A stretch of DNA of 57,545 nucleotides from a virus (Duplodnaviria > Caudoviricetes): positions 1 to 57,545 of the IMG/VR virus record IMGVR_UViG_3300032285_005159, one strand, 5' to 3'. Below are positions 1 through 9,100 of this stretch, in pieces (position 1 is the stretch's first letter; each line of letters starts with the position of its first letter). A program made the position numbers and the translations under genes. The notes under the pieces are model-generated. The model had not been told where the DNA came from. It saw nothing but the letters and a program-made list of their open reading frames with translations, and made no database searches.

Positions 1-123
1 CACTCCGGCCGTGTGGCTTTTGCAAACAAAGCCAGCAAAGCCGTGGTCCTTAATTGCTTTTTCGTACATGGTATTGGCAGCACGGTCGTCAAACCTTGCG
101 TAACCTGCTGCAACACGTTCGTC
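1..123. repeat. Terminal direct repeat, copy 1 (assembly circularisation overlap)
   Basis: Bases 1-123 are identical to 57423-57545 and lie inside a coding sequence, so this is an assembler overlap rather than a biological terminal repeat. Confidence 0.95.
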
Positions 124-3100
124 ACGGCTTGGGTACAGGTCCAGAGGGTCAGCCTCGTAGTCGTACAAACTGTCTCCTGCCACCTTAATTTGGTAGCGGA
201 ACGGTCCAATAATGTACTCGCGCACGTAACTGCTATAACCAAAGTACGTTCTTGGTTGGTAGATCTTTTTGTAGTCACGCTTGCGATCCTTTTCAGCACC
301 AATGCCGCCAGTGCCGTGCATGGTTGGGTCAGTTGTTTTAAGGTCCGAGTCGAACGACCAATGCGTAAGCTGAACTTCTTTGCCTCGGAACAACGCTGGC
401 GCAGCGGACTTGCTATAGCGCATATCAATTTCTCCAGTAAGTTCTCCGGCCAAGTTAACGCGCGGCTGCTGGTAACGCGGCTTTGAGTCGTACGTAGGGT
501 TCTTCATAAACACCCGCGAACCAACCATAATGGCATCGCTAAACGTAAGAACTGGGAGCTTGGTACGTACGTCAACGAACTCACTTGATCGTGCTGGGTT
601 GTACGCAATTTCTGCCCATACCGTTGGATCGTTAATGTCGGACGGCAATCGGTCAATCTTAACGTTCTCGCCCTGCACAGTTGCCAGCGGGAACTTGCCA
701 CCGCCCTGCGCAATAGTCATTGGGTTACCCTTTTCAACTCGAGTCATTACTCGGCCGTTCCTAACTCTGGCAATATTAGTGTATCCAATTGTTTTGCCAA
801 CATTGTTTAGCGGATGCGCCGTAATTGCGTACGTTACTTCACCGTGCTTAAGAGATTCATTGTATGTCGGAATATCAATTCGCCAGTCAATTACCTGACC
901 TTCGGGAATACCCAAGTCCTCCATTACTTTGCCAACCTTTTTTTCCTCGTCAGCAGATAAAATCTTACCGTCGCGGCGAGCAACAATGTATCGCTTAACT
1001 TGCTCAATGGGTGGGATTGCACGCGCACCCTTAACTACCCAAGGATCTAGTACTTCAACCAAGTCAGCAAACGTTGCGTTATCAATTTGACCTTCGGCCA
1101 AACGAATGGCAGCAACGGCCAGCTCGCCAGAACGTTTGTTCTTGGTTGCGCTAGCAAAAGCCTTGCTTTCTTGCTCGGTAGTCGGGGCTAAAGCTGCGCG
1201 GCTAAACTGAATCGTTGGGGCGTTGTCGTCCACGGTTAAAGAATCACGGGTCCAAGCAACAGACTCCGCAATGGTTCCGTCCGTGTTAAGAATTACAAGG
1301 CCGTCGTAGCCTTGCTTTTCACCCAAGCTCTTAAAGTGTTTTCCAATGTTGCCGTACTGCTCGAACAAGTGCTCGGCTTTAGCTTCTGCCTTTTCTCCGG
1401 ACAACCCTAACGCTTCGAATACCAATGCTGGACCCCTTGCTTTGTTTGACACTTTAACAACCAACGGCTTCTTAAGCAACAAGTCAAAGGTAGTCACTTC
1501 GGCTTGGCCCATTTCTTTTCTAGCTGCTACTGCGTAGTCTTTGGCTCGCGTAACGTCTGGGGTAGTGTAGTACCCGTAACCGTACACGCCTTCCGAGCTA
1601 GCCTTCATTGGTGTGCGGCCGTCGAAAGTTCCGCCGTGGTATCCAGTAACGTAAAGCGGTTGTCCGTTCGGTGGGTTAACTGATACCTTGGGTGTTCTAA
1701 GCCTGTTAAGGATACCTTCTTCGGTTACCACAGCGCGGCTACGGCGAATGTCTGCTGTACCTTGGTTGAACCGCTCGCTCAGCGGGATCACATTGCCATT
1801 CTCATCGCGGGTTACGGGGTCGGCGGATTTGATTTGGCTTGGGTCGAAGACTACCGTAGATACAGACGCGTCCCGCTCTCCCTCAACTGAAGGCTCGTCT
1901 ATTACGGCAGAATCATAACCCAAATCGCGAAGTGTTTGGACGAATACCTTGCCGTCTTCTTCATCAAAAAGTGCCCAAGTTTCAGTAGCGCGTAGCCACC
2001 TGTCTGAAATGCCAGCATCTACAAGCCTCACATGAACGCTGTTGTCTAGCTTGGTTAGGTCTGCCGTATTTGACGATTTAAGATAATACTTTCCGACATT
2101 CTTGCCAAAAGATTGAGCAATTTCTGGATCATTAGAAAAGTAGAATCCCTGCCTATCAACATTTTCAACACTGAATAGAATGTAAACCTTCCCGCCCCTA
2201 TTCTCAAATACTGTAAACCCTTTTTTATCAGTGCCATGATATTTTGGATTTGCGGAGTCATACCCCGCAGCCTTAGCTGCCTCGTCCACCATGCGCTGTG
2301 CCGTTGCTGTATCCCCAGCGTCTACTGCTGCAAGGTAATCAGCATCCATTTTCGTAGCAGCGTCACGATTATCTACTGGCTTGCGAACTGTAAAACCACC
2401 TTCTGGATTTGAAGTTTTAGTCCAGCCTTGCGCTTCTAGTTGCTTAATCCAGTTCTTAACTGCAACAATATATCCTTTTGGTGCTTGAACTTTATTTAAA
2501 GTTATAGCCGAAATATGTTTCTTTAACTCGCTCGGTTGGATATATGCAATAAGCTCTTCACCGCCGCCACTTGCAGCAACAAAAGCTGATCCGGGTTTTG
2601 TTGCTCTAGGGACTTGTGTACTAAAGTTATTATCAAACTCTAAAAGAACCCCAGCATTTTTACGCTGGCTCAATGCTAAATCTTTGTTAGTAGCAAAGTA
2701 AGTTTCTGGTGGTCCAAACGGTAAATCGCTATAAGTCTGTGGCAACAACATCATAAGACCATCAATGTCTGTTTGATGGTACAGTGTGGTCACATTTGCA
2801 CGACTGCGTTGAATTGTAGGAGCGGCTTGCTCCAACGGTACTTCTCCGGCTTCGCCCTTGCGCAGCTCAACTTCGGCCCAGCTTGGGAACCCAAGACTCA
2901 GGGCTAAGTCTTCGGTATTTGCGTAGGCTTGGTTAATGTCCTTGCCTGTGGCCAGTTGGAACACAGCAGCGCGTACGTCTTCAATTGTAAAGTTCTTGTC
3001 CTGTTCGTACTGGGCCCACACCGCGCGAACCGCGTCCACGTTCTTCTTGTTAGACTTCCACTTTGCGGGGAACAATAACCTTACGGCTTCCCAAGTAATG

Positions 3101-6100
3101 GACTGGATTTCGCGCGGCAACAAGCCAAAGTTCTGGGCAGCAGCGCGGTAAGCCTCGGCGTTGGCCGCATACATTCCGTTAACACCCAGAATTGAGTTGT
3201 TAGTAACGTTACTTGAACCAAAGTTCTGGCTAACTTCAAAGCTATTTCCGCTTAGGGCTTGCCAGTACAACGCAGCAACAGCGTGCGTATCCATTGTTAC
3301 GTGGCCGTCCTCGTTGTTAGGATCCACAATGTTATTGTAGAAGCTGCGCACCTTGTGCATATTGCCGAGCTCTTTGCTAACTACCTTGAGCTTGGTATTT
3401 TTGTCCGAGCTCATAATGCGGATTGCTTTCTGAACGGTGCTGTAGCTGCCCCAGCCAATCTTAATTTCTTTACCGCTAGTTTCGCTGCGCGACGCTTCTT
3501 GCGTGTTGGTTCCGTCCGGCGCGTACTTCATAAACGCTGGGCTATCGTTTACTTCCGAGTACATCCGAATAAACCGTGCTTGGTCTTCAATTGCCAAGTC
3601 CTTAAGTGCCCGGCCTTCCACGTTTTTTAGAACTTCGCGTGCCTTGGCTCGGCCAGCTTCCGCGTTTGCGTTGGACCATCCGGTAAACATTGGGTTACCT
3701 TGCTCGTCCAGAACGTGTTCGCCGTTGCTATCGTACACGGCCTTGACCTTACCCTTTTCGTAAATTGGCTTAGTTCCGTCTGTGGCCTCGGTAGTAATTT
3801 GTGGTTCGCCTCCACGCTTAAGCCACTGCGCAGTCATAGCTGGACTCCACACAAGTCCATTTGGATTACCCAAAATTACTTGTTCGTGCCAGATCTTCAT
3901 GGTGCGCTCGGCCAGCGCAATGTTCATAAACCAATCCTTCTGTGGGCTAAACACGGCTAGCACACCGCTGGCTTGCTCAATGTCTTGTGCGTACTGTGCG
4001 CCAAACTCATTTGCAATTTTGTTAGCACCATCGTACCAGAGCTTGGCTACGTTTCGCAAGCTCTTGGGGAACAAGTTAATTAACGCTTCCAAGTTGGACT
4101 GCGTGTTTTGAATTACAACGTCGTAAATCTGCGGCGCAAGTTTAGCAATTGGATGGTTTGGATCCGATGCAAACTCAGCTAGCTTTTTAGTCATTGCGGA
4201 CTTTTGCTCGGTACCCAACGCCTTTAGCTTAGTTGATTTTGCTAAGCACTTTTCAAGAGCTGCTTGGTTCTTTGCAAAGTCTTTACCGGCTTGTCCGGTA
4301 AGCCCTCCGTTTTCCAATAGCAAAGCGTCTTCGAACTGAGCGTCGGTTGCCTTTACCTTATCCACGGTAAGCAAGTCCTTTAAGACTTTCTTGTACCGTT
4401 TAATTTGATCGGCGTTAACACGAATTTCACCTGAAGTCTTTTCGTGCTTAGTCCGCAACTTGCGAACCATTGCAGCTAGCTCGGGAAACTCACGCGCAAC
4501 AATTGGGTACTCAGTTAGGTACAGTGCATTGGTGCGATAAGCCTTTGGATCCCGCGCCATTACGTCCAAGCTAATTAAAGACATTGGGTCAATGCCGGAC
4601 TCGGTAGCACTTTTGCCTGTTGGGTTACGGGTACCTAAAGCTTGGCCGGGCTTAAGATCAGCCGCGTTAAAACCGCTGTATGCTTTCGAGAAAAACTTTG
4701 TGGGCTCAACTGGGCGCAAACGCTCAGCAATTGCTACGTCAGTATCGGAAAGAGTATCTGAGAAGTTCTCAGCTTCTTGGGGGATATCATCTCCGTTGCG
4801 TTGCAAGTAACGGTACAAGTCACCCAAGCGGTTTTGCGCTACAGCCAACCTTTCGTTTTCTCCGGTATTGCGCTTTCCAATTTCAGCAAAAGCTGCGGCA
4901 ACAAAGTTTTTTGATTGATCTCCAAGCGCAAGCAAGTCTTGTAGGTCAGAAGCGGTAAGTTCATTATTCGCAGCACCTTCAATAACTTTAGCTGGAGTAA
5001 GGCCAACGTCTTCTAGTGCAACGTGCGTATCGTACCCAACCTTTTGAATGGCCAGTTCGTGCGCCACGGCTACGGCAAGGTCCCGCTCGACCAAGCTGGT
5101 TTGCTCGTCGAATCCGTAATTGCCGTACACTTCGTTAACTAAGCCTTCGTTTACTAGCAACGTGTTACCGTCCAACACAAACGGCTTGGCAGTATCCTTT
5201 GAAAGTACGGTTGCAAATTCCTTTTGGTTTTGAACGTTACGGACAATTTGGCTCTCTGAACCCGTGGCCGTAATAACGTCCTTTGAAGGACGCAAGCCAG
5301 AGTCTAGTTTGTAGTCCGCGTACATAACGCGAACCGTAATAATTTTACCTTCGGTTGTACGTACATTGGTAAAGTAATTGTCGTCTGAAGCTTCATCTGC
5401 TGGAATGTCTAGCTCTTCCCCATCTCTGGGCTGGTACATACCATCTTGGTAGAACAAACCTTTATCGGTTGCCATGCTTTCTTGGCCAAACTCGTTGGCG
5501 AAATCCACTGCATCTTGATCCGTGAATCCTTCAACTAGAAAACTATTTTCACCGTTGCCGTAACGACCAACAACCAAGTCGGCCACGTAGCCACGATCAG
5601 CCAGCCACTGCTTAGCCCGTTCGTTAAACGCTGCGTTAGCTTCTTCGGTTTGTACGGTAACGTCTGGATTCTCGGCCGTAAATGCACCAAACTTTCCGGT
5701 TTTAATAAGTGCGCGGAGTTGGTCTTCCGAGAAAATACCATCCTGCAACGAATCGGTTTGGTGGTTAATCCACTTAAACGAAGTGCGCGGGTGCGGGTTA
5801 GGCACTCCGTACATTGGGCCAAAACCATCTTCGCGTGCAACTGCTGCGCGGCTAGCCAAAATTTGCTGGACCGAACGTGCTGGCAAACCATTGCCTTCGG
5901 CCACTGCCTTTTTAAGATCCAACATTGCTTCGGCCAATGCACGGCTTTCTGGATCTGCCAAACGCTTGCCGCTAAACCAGCTACCAATAATGTCTACGAA
6001 CTTTTGGAACAAGCTACGTTCACCCTTGCCGTTAAGTTCGTCGAGTTGGTTTCGGAAAGTCTGCGATGCAAAGTAGTGCGCAACGAATTCGTTAACCGCG

Positions 6101-9100
6101 TACGTTTCATCGAACGCTTCGTTTTCGTTCATGCGGCCTTCAACCGCGTAACGCAGATTTTCTGGAATAGCAGTGCCGTACTTGGCTTCAATTCTAGCCT
6201 GAGTTTCTGCACGTAGGGCCAAAAGCCTTGCGCGAACTTCGCGTTCGAACTCGGTCTTTGGATTGGTTAAAATTTCGGAAGTGCCAAAGTGACCAAGCTC
6301 GTGCAGCAACGCGTCAACAATTCCTCCGCCGTTGTCCGACGCAGCGTTTAGCGCAATGATTTTGCTGGAACCCAAGTAGCTTCCGGTTGTGGCAACATCG
6401 TTTGGTGCGTTGTACACAAAAACTGGGCACTGGTCCACCCCCACGCTTAGCAAGAACTTTGCGGTTTCACGGTGCTGCTTGCTTTTACCAGACCGAATAA
6501 TGCTTTGCAGTACGGCCTTAACGTCCATTGCGCCTTCCTTAATTCCGTGCTTGGCGAACTGGGTACGGTGCTGGGCCCGGAGCTTAGCAAAGTGGTTCGC
6601 TTGAATAGCCCGATTAGCCGGGGTCATTGCGTCCTGCTGAACCAAGAAGTCCAGTAAGGTATTGGTTCGGCCTTGCTGTACATTTTGAATTGCAACCGCA
6701 ACTTGCGCTTGTGAAAAAGCAGCGAGATCCAAACCAGCGGCTAGCTCGGGCCCTACAATTCGGAACAATTCTTCGGTAGTGGTAAACGATTCAGGATCCA
6801 AGCCAAGCTGCACAGCAACTGCCTTTAGCTCTTCAACTAGTTTTGGGTTAACGGTGTTATCCGTAATGCGGCTTAGCGCGTAGTTGGCCTCGGACTCCAC
6901 AGCGGCTTGGCCTTGGTCCGAAACTACTGGTGCGCCATTTTTTGTACGCTTGTTTTTGCGGCGTTGGTTTGACTGCTTTTGCTTGGCTGAAGCAGCGGCT
7001 TGGTTACGTTGTACGTCAACGGCCTTTGAGTTTGCCACTGCGTTAGCAAAAGAATCTGCGGATTCTTGACCACGGCCTTCGTAAACTTGGCGCAGCTTTT
7101 GCGCGTTTTCGCCAGTAACGTACGCGTAAACGGCCTTGCCATTTTTATTCTGGACCAACACGTACATTGAATCAATGTCACCGTTGTCCGCAACCTTTAC
7201 GTTAACCAAGCTAGGCGTTGTTGGCGCGTTGTACCGAGTCTTACCATAAACAATTTCGCCAGCGTCAGAAACGGTAAGGGCAACTCGACGGACTCCCCGG
7301 CGCGGGCTAACCAAGCTAGGCTCTGCAACGGCTCCTTCGAAACCTTCGAACTCCGTGGCTGGCATATCAGCGTTTGGAGTAACCTCAATTGGCGGCTCGT
7401 TAGTTTCTGGGTCCAGCAGCACGCCGTCAGCCTCAACACGAACGCGGCCGCGTGTTCCGTTAATAATTACTAACTGACCGTTAAGATCTTTAAAGGTACG
7501 AGTTTCGTCAACAGTTGGCGTTGGCTCGTTACCTTCGCTTACAAACTTAACTCCGTTGCGGGTAAGGTAAGCCTCAACCTGAGCTTGGTCGTTCCAGTCA
7601 ATGTCGCTTTCTGCGGCTACGCGGTCCGCACGTTGGGCAACGTACGCTTGTATATCGTTTGGCGTAATTGTTGCGTTGCCTTTTTTATTAGCTTTTCCTG
7701 AACCCTGAATCGAGTTTAGCTCTTCTTGGCTAACGCCAAGTTCAGCGGCTTTCTTTGCAGCTAAGGCCGTGGGCACCGATCCACTTGGGGTAAGCACGGT
7801 TGGCTTTTGGCCAATGTTTAAGGGTTGCTCTGGAGCTTCATCCAAAGCAGTAACAAGGTCAGCCGAGGCTGGACGAACTGGAATGCGTTCGCTTACTGGT
7901 TGAAAGTTACGGTTTGCAATTTGCAAACGGTTCTTTAGCGCAGCAACAGTTTCTGGACTTTGGCCGTCGGCTTCTAGCTTACCAATAATGTTGCTTAAGA
8001 ACTCGCCTTCAACTGACTGCGCAACGCCTTGTTGGCGATCTCTAATTTCATTTACTTTGCGTGCATTGCCAAATGCGGGTACGGCTGTACCATAAGCAAA
8101 ACCAATAACACCAGCTTGGAACGCGTCTTTTAAGGCATCTACCAAGTTAAGGTTTTCGTTATCCAGCATTGCATTGGCAACTGACTGGCCAAGCTGGTCT
8201 ACAAATTCTTCTGAAAATTCACCAACACCTTCTTTAAGAATACCGTAACCAGATTCTTTGGCAGCCTCACGTACCACAGACTTAATTACCCCCAATACTT
8301 CTTCGCCGCCCAAGCTGCTACGCTCTAACGCACCGCTTACACGGCTGGTATAGTACTTAAGCTGGCGCAAGTTTACGTTGCCGTAGTTTACTGCGTCGGC
8401 ACCTTCACCAAAAACTTTACCGGAAGCTTGCTCAACTAACGCAGTAATAGTTCCTGCAACTAGCGAGTGCGTAAGTGCTGCCTTATGAATTTCTTCGTCA
8501 GTAAATTTGCGCGAACCGTCTGGGTTAAACTCAGAACGCATTGCAATTGTGGTATCCACGTACTGACTTTCAGCAGAACGAGCAAAGCTCGTAGCGCGTT
8601 GTGCGGCTACGCCAGCAGCTTGTGGAATTATACGGTTACTAAGGTCAGCCTTAATCCCTTGGAATACTTTATTTACCAAAGCAGAGTCTGCTTTAACTGC
8701 TGCTGCCCCAACGTCGGCAAAGTTACGAACGTAGCTTTGTCCAAAAAGAGCGCGTGTTTCGGGGCTTAATGCTTTTGCAATCCAGTTCTTACCAACGTTA
8801 CCAGCAAAGTCTTTTACGGAAGTTGGTATTAAGTTCCGCATACTTGCGGTTGCCCCAGCCTCTGCTCCAGCTACCAAAGTTTCTTTTAAGGCTGCACGGC
8901 CAAAACCTTTTGCAAGGCCACTAACGCCTCCTGAAATTGCAATGTCTGCAATCATAGGTGTGGCTTGGCTTAGGAACTGATAACCCGTTCCAAGATCAGA
9001 ACCATAAAGGTTCGCGTATTTACTGCGCGACGCTTCTAACTCTGCATCGCCAACAGCCCAGTCCAAGAAAAAGTTTTTTCCATTTTCAAAGCCAACGGCG

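Noticed and set aside
1-123. Biological direct terminal repeat
   Set aside because: It falls in the middle of a gene and has the size of an assembler overlap.
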